This document shows, piece by piece, positions 1 through 10,427 of a DNA stretch of 32,000 bases. The DNA is taken from the sequence record CM031383.1; one strand, 5' to 3'. The notes under the pieces are model-generated. The model was not told where the DNA came from. It saw only the letters and a program-made list of their open reading frames with translations, and made no database searches. The position numbers and the translations under genes were made by a program. The first letter of the stretch is position 1. Every line of letters starts with the position of its first letter.

Positions 1-18
1 AAAAACACTGTTTTGTTA

Positions 19-80
19 ACCTTTTGGTAGCGAAGCAATTGGCAACGAAGCAGTTACCAATTGCTTCGCTACCAAAAGGT
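19..80. repeat. Palindromic dispersed repeat, family RA copy 1 (arms accttttggtagcgaagcaattgg / ccaattgcttcgctaccaaaaggt, loop caacgaagcagtta)
   Basis: The 24-nt arms at 19-42 and 57-80 are perfect reverse complements. The same core recurs at 10248, 14805, 16078 and 30751. This copy lies about 200 nt downstream of the atpA stop on the transcribed strand. Confidence 0.85.
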
Positions 81-288
81 AAAAAACTGCCTAAAGAGCC
101 TTTTGAGCCCAAGTTAAGGCTGGACAAAAACTTGAATAAACAAGCAGTCAATAAACAAAGTTTGCAGACGCATTCCAGCTTGTCGATAAAAAAATCGAAA
201 AGTCAGATTGCTTTTTATTGTTCCAAAAAAAAGCCATGGAAAACAAAATGTTCGACAAAAAACTTGTTAAGCTGTTTTCCACGAAATT

Positions 289-1326
289 TTATTTATTTGT
301 TTTAGTAGCACCAAATTCAGCTAAGAAATCAGTAATAGCTTTTTTCAGTAAAGATTCAGCTTCTGGTGTGAAAGTATTTGTTTTTCTAATAATTTCACCA
401 TATTGTGGTACATTATTTGCTAAATAAGTACGAAGACCTGTTAAGAAAGGTCTTACGTCTAAAACATCTAAAGAATCTAAATAACCATTTGTTCCAGTGT
501 AAATACTAGCAACTTGTTCTTCTACAGATAATGGTGAGTTTTGAGGTTGTTTTAAAATTTCTCTTAATCTTGAACCTCGAGCAAGTTGTTTTTGTGTAGC
601 AGCATCTAAATCTGAAGCAAATTGAGAGAAAGCTTCTAATTCAGCAAATTGTGCTAATGAAAGTTTTAATGTACCAGCAACTTGTTTCATAGCTTTGATT
701 TGTGCAGCTGAACCTACTCGCGAAACAGAAATACCAACGTTAATCGCAGGACGAATACCAGCGTTAAATAAATCTCCTGATAAGAAAATTTGACCATCAG
801 TAATAGAAATAACGTTTGTAGGAATATAAGCTGAAACGTCACCTTCTTGAGTTTCAACAACAGGTAAAGCTGTCATACTTCCTTCACCTAAAGCATCACT
901 TAATTTAGCAGCACGCTCTAAAAGACGTGAGTGTAAATAGAAAACATCCCCTGGATAAGCTTCACGCCCAGGTGGACGACGTAATAATAATGACATTTCA
1001 CGATAAGCTTGAGCTTGTTTTGAAAGGTCATCATAAATTGTTAATGTTGCTCGACCAGTATACATAAAGTATTCAGCTAAAGTAGCACCTGTATAAGGTG
1101 CTAAATATTGTAAAGTTGAAGGTTCATTAGCATTTGCCATTACAATAATTGTGTAATCTAAAGCTCCACGTTCTTTTAAAGTATTTAAAACTTGTGCAAC
1201 TGATGAAGCTTTTTGACCAATAGCTACATAAACACAAATTACGCCTTTTCCTTTTTGGTTTAAGATAGTATCAACAGCAATAGCAGTTTTTCCTGTTTGT
1301 CTATCACCAATAATTAATTCACGTTG
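289..1326 (-). CDS. atpA: ATP synthase CF1 alpha subunit, exon 2 ([14 protein letters not shown]... to C-terminus, stop at 289-291)
   Basis: From codon CAA at 1326-1324 the ORF 289..1464 reads [39 protein letters not shown]... (Walker A and the full alpha-subunit body). The 46 residues upstream in the same ORF have no AtpA similarity and are intron read-through. Confidence 0.95.
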   Translation of the reverse strand, partial: QRELIIGDRQTGKTAIAVDTILNQKGKGVICVYVAIGQKASSVAQVLNTLKERGALDYTIIVMANANEPSTLQYLAPYTGATLAEYFMYTGRATLTIYDDLSKQAQAYREMSLLLRRPPGREAYPGDVFYLHSRLLERAAKLSDALGEGSMTALPVVETQEGDVSAYIPTNVISITDGQIFLSGDLFNAGIRPAINVGISVSRVGSAAQIKAMKQVAGTLKLSLAQFAELEAFSQFASDLDAATQKQLARGSRLREILKQPQNSPLSVEEQVASIYTGTNGYLDSLDVLDVRPFLTGLRTYLANNVPQYGEIIRKTNTFTPEAESLLKKAITDFLAEFGATKTNK

Positions 1327-2686
1327 CGGAACTTTCAGACCCCCACCCGTCTCTGTTATACTGTCTTCCCAAAAGTAAAAAGGAAGTCTGCCAGCCTGCC
1401 AGGCTGGCAGGCTGAAAAAACGGGCGGGAGAAAAGCCTGAAAGTCTGGACTCTCTCTTTAACAAAAATTAATAATTATATTTATACCATGAATTTGCAAA
1501 TTTTGCCCATGTTTTACCTTCTATTGTTCCAGCTTCTTTTAAATGATACTTAAGTTTTTTATATTTAAAATAGAGCAGGCTTAAACGAAGACGGTGCATT
1601 TTTAAAGATTTTAAAGGAAATTTTTTCAAAAATTCATAAAGAAACTCAAAATCTTGTTGAGAAGTTACTGTCCAATGATATAATGAATTCGGAGTTTTAT
1701 TTTTTCTACTTGGTTTTTGTGTATAAACTTTTCCGAAACCAAATGTATTTTCAATAAGCTCAGCATAATTCTTATAATTTGTTGTAACTTTTAATGATAT
1801 TTGATTATGTGTTTTTGAATTTGTTAATCGTGTAATTTTTCCATGTATACCACTTCGTTGAGAATCTTCAGCTGTTGAACCTGAAATTGATATTACTAAA
1901 CTTCCATCAGCATCAATAAGCCCAGCTAAATAAGCATATGATTTTTTTTCCATAGATGAAAATTCTGTTGAGACTTTAGGTGAAATACCGACCATTTTAC
2001 AAGCAGCTATAAACTGTGTTACTCGTGCTGGATTATATAATTTTCCATTAAGTCTATTTAAAATATCAAGAATGGCTACTTTAGCTTTTACACGATAGCG
2101 AACACTTTGAGAATTACTACGTTTTTTAACTGTTCCTACTTTAAGTATATTTTTTATATTTGTTACTACACGAATATCTGTAATATGTGTAGTTACTTCA
2201 AAACTTATGCTGTTTTCTTTTTTATTTATATAAAAACACCCATCACCATCTACAATACCCGCTAACCATTCATTCCATAATTCTTTATTCATAAGTTTTT
2301 TATTCATTTTTTTTATTATTTTTATAAAAAAAGTGTACTACCACCTAAAGAAGCTGTTTTGGAATTCAAAAGAAGAATAACTCCAATAAAAATGGATGTT
2401 TTAATTTTTTTCATTTTTGTTAGGAAACATAGAGTCTCTGAGGATCCTACTAAGTTTAAAATCAAAACTTTTGGTTTCCTGCTGATTGTCCAATATAAAG
2501 TACGATTTTCACAAAAACGGGACTTATAAAGATTTTGCTGGTGTTTTAAAGAAATCTAAAACAAAAGCAAAAACTAAGCCACTTATGTCTTTGTACGTCT
2601 TTTTTAACTCGAAGTTCCAGCATATAGTTTCCTGCGTTAAAGTTCGTTCAAGAGTAAAAGAAAAAACATTAAAGGGCCAACATTTA
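1327..2686 (-). mobile_element. Group I intron in atpA (about 1360 nt) carrying a free-standing LAGLIDADG ORF
   Basis: Exon 1 ends in T (2687) and the intron's last base on the minus strand is G (1327). Reading the minus strand, matches to the group I core elements occur in the right order: P atatgctggaac (2614-2625), Q aatcagcagg (2478-2487), R tcagagactctat (2429-2441), S aaagagagagtcc (1447-1459). gactc/gagtc can form P7, and ggt|taa-atg-ttggcc can form a short P1 with a U.G pair at the splice site. An in-frame TAA follows exon 1 immediately. Confidence 0.85.
1468..2307 (-). CDS. Intron-encoded double-motif LAGLIDADG homing endonuclease (279 aa)
   Basis: It contains two LAGLIDADG motifs, LAGIVDGDGCF near the N-terminus and LAGLIDADGSL mid-protein. 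It is not in frame with atpA exon 1 and lies between the R and S core elements, i.e. in the P8 loop. An alternative ATG start is at 2292. Confidence 0.9.
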   Translation of the reverse strand: MNKKLMNKELWNEWLAGIVDGDGCFYINKKENSISFEVTTHITDIRVVTNIKNILKVGTVKKRSNSQSVRYRVKAKVAILDILNRLNGKLYNPARVTQFIAACKMVGISPKVSTEFSSMEKKSYAYLAGLIDADGSLVISISGSTAEDSQRSGIHGKITRLTNSKTHNQISLKVTTNYKNYAELIENTFGFGKVYTQKPSRKNKTPNSLYHWTVTSQQDFEFLYEFLKKFPLKSLKMHRLRLSLLYFKYKKLKYHLKEAGTIEGKTWAKFANSWYKYNY

Positions 2687-3175
2687 ACCACGTCCGATAG
2701 GAATCATCGCATCAACTGCAACTAATCCAGTTTGTAAAGGTTCATAAACTGAACGACGAGAAACAATACCAGGTGCTGGAGATTCGATAGCACGACTATC
2801 AGAAGTAGCAATCGCTCCTTTTCCATCAACAGGACGTGCTAAAGCATCAACAACACGACCTAAATAATTGTCACCAACCGGAATTTCAGCAATTTTTCCA
2901 GTACAACGAACACGACTTCCTTCAGTAATTTTTAAACCATCACCTAATAATACAGCACCAACGTTATTTGCTTCTAAGTTAAGAGCAATTCCTAAAGTTC
3001 CATCTTCAAATTCTAAAAGTTCACCTGACATTACTCGATCTAATCCATAAATACGAGCAATACCATCACCAACTTGGAATACAATACCAAAGTCTACCAT
3101 TTTTACTTCTGGTGTGTATTCTTCAATTAATTCTTTAATTAAATTACTTAATTCTTCAGGTGTACGCATTGACAT
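2687..3175 (-). CDS. atpA: ATP synthase CF1 alpha subunit, exon 1 ([24 protein letters not shown] ... AMIPIGRG)
   Basis: The ATG at 3175-3173 gives the canonical AtpA N-terminus. The track ORF starts 7 codons further upstream at 3196. The exon ends ...IPIGRG and joins in frame to [14 protein letters not shown] of exon 2. Confidence 0.93.
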
Positions 3176-3612
3176 AATATAAAAAGAAAAAATCAAAAGT
3201 ATTTTTTTCTTTTCTGCCAGCTAATAAAGGCCCGCAAACCTAACATTTACTTCAGAAAAAAAAATACTTTTCAACTTATTCTGAATAGAAAATAGAAAAA
3301 CAAAATACGTATTTTGTTTGTTAGAAATTTTTATTTACTTAGTAAATAGAAAAAATTGTTGAATATTTTAAAATCAGAATATTTTTTCATTAAAATTTAA
3401 AAAAATTGAAAATTCAATTTTCATCAATTTGACAGTTTTTCCACTTTTTTATTTGATTTAAATATTAAACAAAGAAAAATAAATTTTTTCACAAATAATA
3501 TTTTTTCTTTATATTTTAATAAAATTTAAAAATATTTTTCAGTAAATCTTTTTAAAAATAAAAAACATGTTTAAAGTATTCTTTTAAACAACAAACTTAA
3601 GGTAATAAATTT

Positions 3613-3685
3613 AGCGGATAACGCGATTCGAACGCGCGACATTGGACTTGGAAGGACCACGCTCTACCAACTGAGCTATATCCGC
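3613..3685 (-). tRNA. trnG-UCC: tRNA-Gly (anticodon UCC), no intron
   Basis: The minus strand reads gcggatatagctcagttggtagagcgtggtccttccaagtccaatgtcgcgcgttcgaatcgcgttatccgc. It folds as a cloverleaf with anticodon loop cttccaa, one T.T mismatch in the anticodon stem, and a TTCGAAT T-loop. Confidence 0.9.
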
Positions 3686-3975
3686 ATTTTTATAAAAATA
3701 TTATATCAAAAATTTTTTTTTTTCACAATATTTTTTTTGCTGTTGCTTGAGCCTGTCCTTAAAAAAAAGCCCTTATTTTTATTGAGTTTACTAAAAAAAG
3801 AAGTAATACTAACATTAGAGCGCAATAAATAATAAGAAAAAATTTATTCTATTTATTTTTATTATTTATCAATTTGTATTTTGTTGTTAAATATTTTTCT
3901 AATTCAAGAAATATTTCTCTTTTTCTCATTTTTTGTACAAATTTTCATTTGTACAACAAAAATTTTTCGGAAAAC

Positions 3976-4047
3976 TTTTTTTTTTCTTTACTTGTTTGTG
4001 AACATTTATTTAAATAAATGTTCACAAACAAGTAAAGAAAAAAAAAA
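3976..4047. promoter_or_regulatory. Long perfect inverted repeat downstream of rps14 (putative mRNA 3' stem-loop)
   Basis: tttttttttttctttacttgtttgtgaacatttattt | aaataaatgttcacaaacaagtaaagaaaaaaaaaa, centred at 4011/4012. It lies about 65 nt 3' of the rps14 stop on the minus strand. Confidence 0.6.
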
Positions 4048-4110
4048 TATCAAAAAATAGAACAAAAATTTTTGTTCATAATTTTTTTGCCTCCGGCAAA
4101 AAAAATATTT

Positions 4111-4413
4111 TTACCAACTTGCTTTTCGAACACCAGGTAAAAGACCTTCGTGAGCCATTTCACGTAAAACATGTCGAGAAAGACCAAAATCTCTAAAGTA
4201 ACCTTTGGGTCTTCCTGTAACTAAACAACGATTATGTAAACGAACAGGCGAACTATTTCTAGGTAATTGTTGAAGCTTTCTATGAAGAGCTAATTTTTCT
4301 TTAAATGAAGATGCATTTTTCATTTGATTTTTTAAATTTGCACGTTTTTTTGCAAACTTCATAACTAAATTTTGACGTTTTAGTTCACGTTGAATCATTG
4401 CTTTATTTGCCAT
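4111..4413 (-). CDS. rps14: 30S ribosomal protein S14 (100 aa)
   Basis: [24 protein letters not shown] ... [43 protein letters not shown] is the canonical S14 C-terminal signature. ATG start at 4413. Confidence 0.95.
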   Translation of the reverse strand: MANKAMIQRELKRQNLVMKFAKKRANLKNQMKNASSFKEKLALHRKLQQLPRNSSPVRLHNRCLVTGRPKGYFRDFGLSRHVLREMAHEGLLPGVRKASW

Positions 4414-4800
4414 AAATAAAAACTAGTAAAAACTTTTTATTATTCTAAAAAGAACTCTATTGTTTCTTTTTTAACATGAAAAATAAACAAAGTTTAAAAA
4501 TAGATTATTCATTCAACATACATAAATAAATAAGTATTGTTTGAAAAATGCACTATTTTAAAACAAAGTTTTTTATTAAGAACTTTAAATAAAATTGAAT
4601 ATTTAACAATCAGTTTAAATAAATAATTTAAATCTCTAAAATGTTAAAAACTTATAAACCGTAAGTCTTAAAAATATATCAAAAAATTTCAATTTTCTTT
4701 AATAAACATTGATCATTTTTAATATAGCTTTAAGTTATTTATTCTCGTCATTTTTTTTATTCAACAAAAAGACAATTAAAAAAATATGAATTTCTACAAA

Positions 4801-5082
4801 TTAACGTCTTTTTGCTTTTTTATCACTTTTTACATGACCTTTAAAAGTGCGAGTTGGAGCAAATTCACCTAATTTATGACCAACCATTTGATCAGTAATA
4901 AAAACAGGAATAAATTCTCGTCCATTATATGTTGAAATCGTGTGACCAATCATAACTGGTAAAATAGTAGAAGAACGTGACCAAGTTGGAATCACTTTTT
5001 TTTGACCTTGTGCATTAAATTTTTCAATTTTTTTTAATAAATGATCTGCAACAAAAGGACCTTTTTTAATTGAACGTGGCAT
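4801..5082 (-). CDS. rps19: 30S ribosomal protein S19 (93 aa)
   Basis: [23 protein letters not shown] ... [38 protein letters not shown] is the S19 signature. ATG at 5082. Confidence 0.95.
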   Translation of the reverse strand: MPRSIKKGPFVADHLLKKIEKFNAQGQKKVIPTWSRSSTILPVMIGHTISTYNGREFIPVFITDQMVGHKLGEFAPTRTFKGHVKSDKKAKRR

Positions 5083-6139
5083 AAAAAATTTTTGTCTTAA
5101 AACTTAGCTTTGTGTTTTTTCTTTCTGCCAGCCCTGTCCTGCTCAACCTTAAAAAAAGGGCTGAACAGGATAGAACTAAAACAATAGTTAAAAAGTGAAA
5201 ATAACTTTTTTTTGAAAAAACTTCACTACAAAAAAAAGAAAAATTTTCGTTTTTTTCTTTCAAAGAAGCTCTTGCTTCCAACAACAAAAAAAATTTTGTA
5301 TTTATTGTGTTTTTTATTTATTTTAATGACTTTATTTGAAAAACCATTTTTCTATAAACTTTTTTATATGAACTTTATAAAAAAAAACTATTAATGATCC
5401 TTATTATCAAAAACTGTTAGCAAGACAAGCTGCGATATAATAGCGACTAAAATAAATTTTATTTTGTTTTTTTGCTAGAAGTTAATAATTTGTTTAACTC
5501 ATTAAACTTTTATTTTGAATATTTTGTAAAGTTTTCATAAAAAGTTTGTTATTTAATAAAATGATCAAATCACTACAGAACTTTTTTGTAAGCATCAAAA
5601 CTTTAATAATGACAAAATAGTTAGAATTTTTTCATAACAAAAGAGTTTGAATTTTTGAGTTTTTTTAAATAAATTTAATAAATAAACAAAAAAAGAAAAT
5701 ACAAAAATAAAAAAATTTATACATAAAAACAAAAGAAATTTTAAAATTGAGTTTTTATAATTTGTTCATAAACAAATAAAAACTTTTTTTTTGTGAATAT
5801 TCAAAGTTTTTATAATGAAAAATCAATTTTAAAAATTTTTGATTTTAAAAATAATACTCATTGAAATTTTTAAAAGAATTAGAAATGTGTAATCTTATAA
5901 ATAAATTTCAAATATCTGAAAAAAAATGAAAATGATTAAAATAGTTAAAGTATAATTTTTTTATAGAAAAGTTTTTTAAAAAAAGAAAATTTTGTCAATT
6001 ATTTTTTTAAATTAAAACTCTTCTAAAAAAAAATTTTATCTGCTATAGCAAATAAAAAAGTGGATCATATTACGAGTTGTAATCAGCAAGTCGTGGTTAA
6101 CATCTTTTACGAAATTGTACAAAATTGCGCTAGCCTGCC

Positions 6140-6324
6140 TTTTGGCAGCCTGTTGCTACGCAACCGGCAGTTTCTTTATTTTTTTTTGAGTCTTTTAACA
6201 GCCTGTTGCTTCGCAACTGGCAGTTGGTTTTTAGCTGTTGACTGTTGCCAACAGCTAAAAACTATAAGCCAAAAGGTAAACACTAAAAGGTAACTGCCGG
6301 TTGCGTAGCAACAGGCTGCCAAAA
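6140..6324. repeat. Nested inverted-repeat cluster (33-nt perfect arms plus inner direct copy and inner hairpin)
   Basis: The arm ttttggcagcctgttgctacgcaaccggcagtt (6140-6172) is the exact reverse complement of 6292-6324. An inner direct copy cagcctgttgcttcgcaactggcagtt (6199-6225) differs at 2 positions. The inner hairpin is tttttagctgtt...aacagctaaaaa (6228-6261). Confidence 0.85.
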
Positions 6325-6459
6325 AGTGAAAACAGACGCAGGTGAAAAAATCAGATCTTCTAAAAAGGGCTGTTTGCCAGCTTATATAACGCAAAACAAG
6401 CAGAGTTAATCTAGGCAAGCTAAATAAGTAATAAGTACAAAATTTGTAGAAATAAGTTG

Positions 6460-7287
6460 TTATTTTCTTTTTCTTAAAATAAATTTTGAACTATATTTTT
6501 TTGGTTGTCTTGTAAATTGACCTAAAGCAGGACGTCCCCATGGAGTTACTGGACGACAACGTCCAATTGGAGCACGACCTTCACCACCTCCATGTGGGTG
6601 ATCATTTGGATTCATTACAGATCCTCGAACTGTTGGACGTTTACCTAACCAACGATTACGCCCAGCTTTTCCAATTCGAATGCTATAAGCTTCTAAATTA
6701 CCTACTTGCCCAATTGTTGCCCAACAATTTTTTGAAATTAGACGAATTTCTTTTGATGGTAAACGAACTGTTACAAAATTTCCTTCTTTTGCTAAGATAT
6801 CAAGTAAAGCACCAGCAGAACGTGCTAGTTGACCTCCAGAACCTGGTTGAAATTCTACATTATGAACTTGTGCACCTAATGGAATATTTCTTAAAGGTAA
6901 AGCATTTCCTACTAAAATAGGAGCTTGAAGATCCGAGATGATTGTATCTCCTACTTTTAAACCACAAGGTTGTAGAATATAACGTTTTTCACCATCTTCG
7001 TACATTACTAATGCAATACGTGCATTACGATTTGGATCATATTCAACAGTCATTACTTTTCCTGGAACACCGATTTTATCACGTCGAAAATCAATTTCAC
7101 GATATAAACGTTTATGTCCACCTCCTTTATGACGACAAGTAATAACACCTCTATTATTACGGCCTTTTGAACGATGTTTCATTTTTGATAATGATTTTTC
7201 TGGTTTTGTTGTTGTAATTTCACTAAAATCAGATACTGATCTATTTCTAGTCCCTGGTGTAAAAGCTTTTAAAAAGCGAATTCCCAT
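6460..7287 (-). CDS. rpl2: 50S ribosomal protein L2 (275 aa), uninterrupted
   Basis: [21 protein letters not shown] ... [22 protein letters not shown] is the L2 signature. ATG at 7287. There is no intron. Confidence 0.96.
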   Translation of the reverse strand: MGIRFLKAFTPGTRNRSVSDFSEITTTKPEKSLSKMKHRSKGRNNRGVITCRHKGGGHKRLYREIDFRRDKIGVPGKVMTVEYDPNRNARIALVMYEDGEKRYILQPCGLKVGDTIISDLQAPILVGNALPLRNIPLGAQVHNVEFQPGSGGQLARSAGALLDILAKEGNFVTVRLPSKEIRLISKNCWATIGQVGNLEAYSIRIGKAGRNRWLGKRPTVRGSVMNPNDHPHGGGEGRAPIGRCRPVTPWGRPALGQFTRQPKKYSSKFILRKRK

Positions 7288-8346
7288 AATTTTGATAATA
7301 AAAAATATACTCTTAAAAAAAATTCTAAATCATTTATAATTTTTTCATTTTCAACAAAAATTTTTCAACTACTTAGCAGCAATTTCATTTATGCAATCTG
7401 CTAATCTTGTTTTTACCAAGTTCTAAAAATCTTGTTTGCAAAGTAAGCGCAGCTTTGCTAAAAAATTAAGTAGACGCTGTTTTCAGTTGGGGAAGATTTG
7501 CTCTAAAAAAACTTTTTTGTATTCTTCTTTATTTTTAAACTGTTTCACAATTTTTTTTATTAAAAAATATATATCAAAATCAAAAAATTCTATATAAAAA
7601 AAAAAGTTGAAATAAAAGTAGTATTTTTTTTTATCCAAATAAATACAAAAATGTTGTTTTTTAGCTGTTGTCTCACCCTGCCCAGAATTGCTCTAATAAA
7701 GTAAGGGCATAAGTAGAAAGAAAGAAAGAAAGAGAATTTTTATAAAAATTTGTAACTCATTTTAGGAGTTTAAATAGTTTTTAAAAACTCTAGAAAAATA
7801 AAGTTTTTTACAAATTTTATTTTGAATTATTATATATACCTACTAATAATTTTTAAAATGTTTTTAAAAGTAAAAACTTTTAATTTTAGACAAAATTTTT
7901 ATTTTTTGATCATTAAAAAAAGAATATTAGTTTAATTTATGAAATTAAACTAAACAAGCAGGATAAAAAATCATATTTATTTTTTAATATAGAAAAAAGC
8001 GTTATCATTTTCAAAAAAATTGAAATAACAATCTATAAAATAAATTTTTTTATAATAAAAAAGCTGTTGATGCCTGTCAAATTTTTGAACTTAAAAATTT
8101 TGTTTTTAGCCAGCCTTGTCAGCTTTATAAAAAAGCTACGCCTGCCTACTGAATATAATTGGTCTGCCGGTTTATTTTATACATTAAAAATTGACAGGAA
8201 AAGTTCTAAGCCCTTTAAGCTAAACAAGAGAAAGCAAAGGAGGTAGGGGGAGAGGTAGGTTACATAAGGGCTATTGCTTCAAAACAAAACTTAAGCAGGC
8301 AGAATGAAGTTTATTAAGCAACTCCTGGTAAAATTTATGAATTATA

Positions 8347-8697
8347 TTAAAATTGAATAGATTGACCTTCTTTTAAAGTTAAAATAACTCGTTTATAAGC
8401 TGGTTTATACCCAGTAGACATTCCAGCACGTACTTTTAGACGAGGAGGTCTATGAGTATTAATACCAATTACATTTACTTCAAATAAAGTTTCAAATAAT
8501 TTTTTAATTTGAGGTTTAGTTAATCTTAAATCTACATCAAATGTATATTGTTTATTTTTAAACATTGATAAATAAGATTTTTCAGTTGTAACTGGATATT
8601 TAATAAAATCAGCCATCATATTAACAGGAGAAAAGTGAGACTTTAATAGTTCTCTCCAACGATTGAATTCTTCAAGTGATTTTTCAGAATTACTCAT
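8347..8697 (-). CDS. rpl23: 50S ribosomal protein L23 (116 aa as drawn; start uncertain)
   Basis: The L23-like core is [54 protein letters not shown]. Canonical L23 begins near the internal MM at about 8619, so the first 26 codons may be an extension or 5' leader. Confidence 0.85.
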   Translation of the reverse strand: MSNSEKSLEEFNRWRELLKSHFSPVNMMADFIKYPVTTEKSYLSMFKNKQYTFDVDLRLTKPQIKKLFETLFEVNVIGINTHRPPRLKVRAGMSTGYKPAYKRVILTLKEGQSIQF

Positions 8698-10217
8698 ATA
8701 ATTTTTTTTTTTCTTTTTTTATCAATCAAAATCTCATTTCAATTTTGTTTTAAGAGAAATTAAAAAAGAGTTTAAAATTTTTACTTGTTGGCTGTTAACA
8801 TCAAAAAGTTTAAAAATGATTATTCACTTTTCTTTCCATTATTTTTATTTAATCGAATATTAAAAATAAATAGTAAATAAACAATTTTTGCTTAAAAATA
8901 AAAAATTTTAAAATTTTTTTTTAAACATAGAAGCTAAATAAAAATTTAGCTACATTTATGTAAAAACAAAACACTAAATAAAAAATTGAAATTTTTTCAT
9001 AATTCACGAAAAAAAGTTTTTTATTGAATTTGAATCAATAAATATTCAAAAAATTTATTAAAGAAAAATTCTCTTTATTTTGAAATAGAGACAAAAATTG
9101 GCAAAATGCTAGTGACTTTTTTCATTTTGTATATTATTTTTGATTTTTTTATGCAAAAATAGAGAAAAAAATGAAAAATAAAGGAATGAATATATTGTTT
9201 TGAACATTGATCAAAAGTTGAAGTTTCTTCAAAAATTCATTCTAATTAATAGAAAACATGTTTTTAAAAATTTTTTATTTATTTAGTCAATAAATAAATA
9301 TTAAAATATTAAATAAAAAAAAATAACATAATATTTTATTATTACAGTTTTAAAAATTAATAAAGACTCAAAAATAAAATATTTTTTATATCACAAATTA
9401 AATAATAGAATAATCAATGTTCTAGAATAATCAATATTGATATTCAATGTATTACGTAAAAATTTTTTTTAGTGAAAAATTTATTTTTCAAAAGAGTTCG
9501 TTTTTTTCGAAATCATTTTTATAAATAAATCCTTAAATTGTATAAAACTCTCCATTTTAAGATAAAAAATAGAATTTTTGTAAACTTGATTTATTTTTTC
9601 AAAAACTCAATAAAAAAATTTGAAAACCAAAATCAAATTTTTCAATATTTTTTATTGAAATTTTTCAAATATTGAGTTTTTTAACATAAATTGATTGAAA
9701 AAATTTATCTCATTAAATTCTTTAATTATTTAGCTTTAGCAAATTGTTTAAATTTTCATCGTAACTATTTTTTACTTAAAGTGTTTTTGTTTAATTTTTT
9801 GTTAACTAAGTTTACATGGACTAACAAAAAAATACAAAATAAAATGGAGCAAACTTGGTACTGCCATAATGAAATAAAAGAATGATTTTAAAAAAGACTA
9901 AATAATTTATGAAATTTTCATAAACAAAAGAAAAAAGTCTTTTTAAAACAAAATGTATGTTTTTTTCTGTTTTGGAATTTTTGTAGTACAAAATTTATAT
10001 AGAAATGTTATTATTTGTAAACAAAGCCATTAATATATAAAAAATTTTTAGCAATATTAAACAAACAAAACTTTGTTCTCAAGTTTATTGCTTAAAAATT
10101 TTTCTCTTTAAAAATAAAAAAAAAACAAAAAGAAAAAATATAAAAATACATCTATTTCCAATAAAAATTGGGCCTAAAAAGGAAGAATTTTTTTGCTGTT
10201 GTCTCAGCTTGCCCAGT

Positions 10218-10307
10218 CTTTATTTTTTATTGAGTTTTTTAGTTTTGACCTTTTTGGTAGCGAAGCAATTAGTTTTGAAAAACATAAAGGCTCAATAAAA
10301 AAATAAG
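10218..10307. repeat. Composite repeat: outer arms ctttattttttattgag / ctcaataaaaaaataag enclosing a single RA arm
   Basis: The outer arms lie at 10218-10234 and 10291-10307. The RA core gacctttttggtagcgaagcaatt lies at 10248-10270. The tattttttattgag motif recurs near 3775, 12035, 16040, 29822 and 30715. Confidence 0.7.
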
Positions 10308-10355
10308 AAGGAAAAAAGCAAATTTTTAAATATTCAAAAAATATGTTTTAAATTT

Positions 10356-10427
10356 TGCCAGGAACCAGGATTGAACTGGTGACACAAGGATTTTCAATCC
10401 TCTGCTCTACCACTGAGCTACCCCGGC
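10356..10427 (-). tRNA. trnF-GAA: tRNA-Phe (anticodon GAA)
   Basis: The minus strand reads gccggggtagctcagtggtagagcagaggattgaaaatccttgtgtcaccagttcaatcctggttcctggca. It folds as a cloverleaf with anticodon loop ttgaaaa. Confidence 0.92.

Noticed and set aside
24-427. Track ORFs 24..305 (+) and 218..427 (+)
   Set aside because: They run through the palindromic repeat and antisense to the atpA 3' end. They are lysine/low-complexity, resemble no known protein, and are explained by composition.
5066-5394. ORFs 5066..5287 (-) and 5212..5394 (+) upstream of rps19; also 9691..9885, 12269..12466, 21824..22027 and 2486..2725
   Set aside because: They lie in AT-rich spacer or intron sequence with a K/F/L/N-rich composition. 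They show no motif and no conservation signal I can recognise.
6060-6418. Overlapping ORFs 6060..6293 (+) and 6176..6418 (-), Cys/Leu-rich
   Set aside because: Both are generated by the GC-richer nested inverted repeats, so the same repeat is read on both strands. They are not coding.
6540-7142. Plus-strand ORFs 6540..6920 and 6942..7142
   Set aside because: They are antisense to the well-conserved rpl2 and are L/H/D-rich shadow frames. The same applies to the antisense ORFs inside atpA exon 1 (2868..3050), clpP (13319..13546), rpoC1 (17891, 18131, 20307), rps18 (24380..24670) and tufA (28402, 28627, 28926).
7713-7735. (gaaa)n-type microsatellite agaaagaaagaaagaaagaga
   Set aside because: It is a simple short tandem repeat in spacer DNA, of marker interest only.
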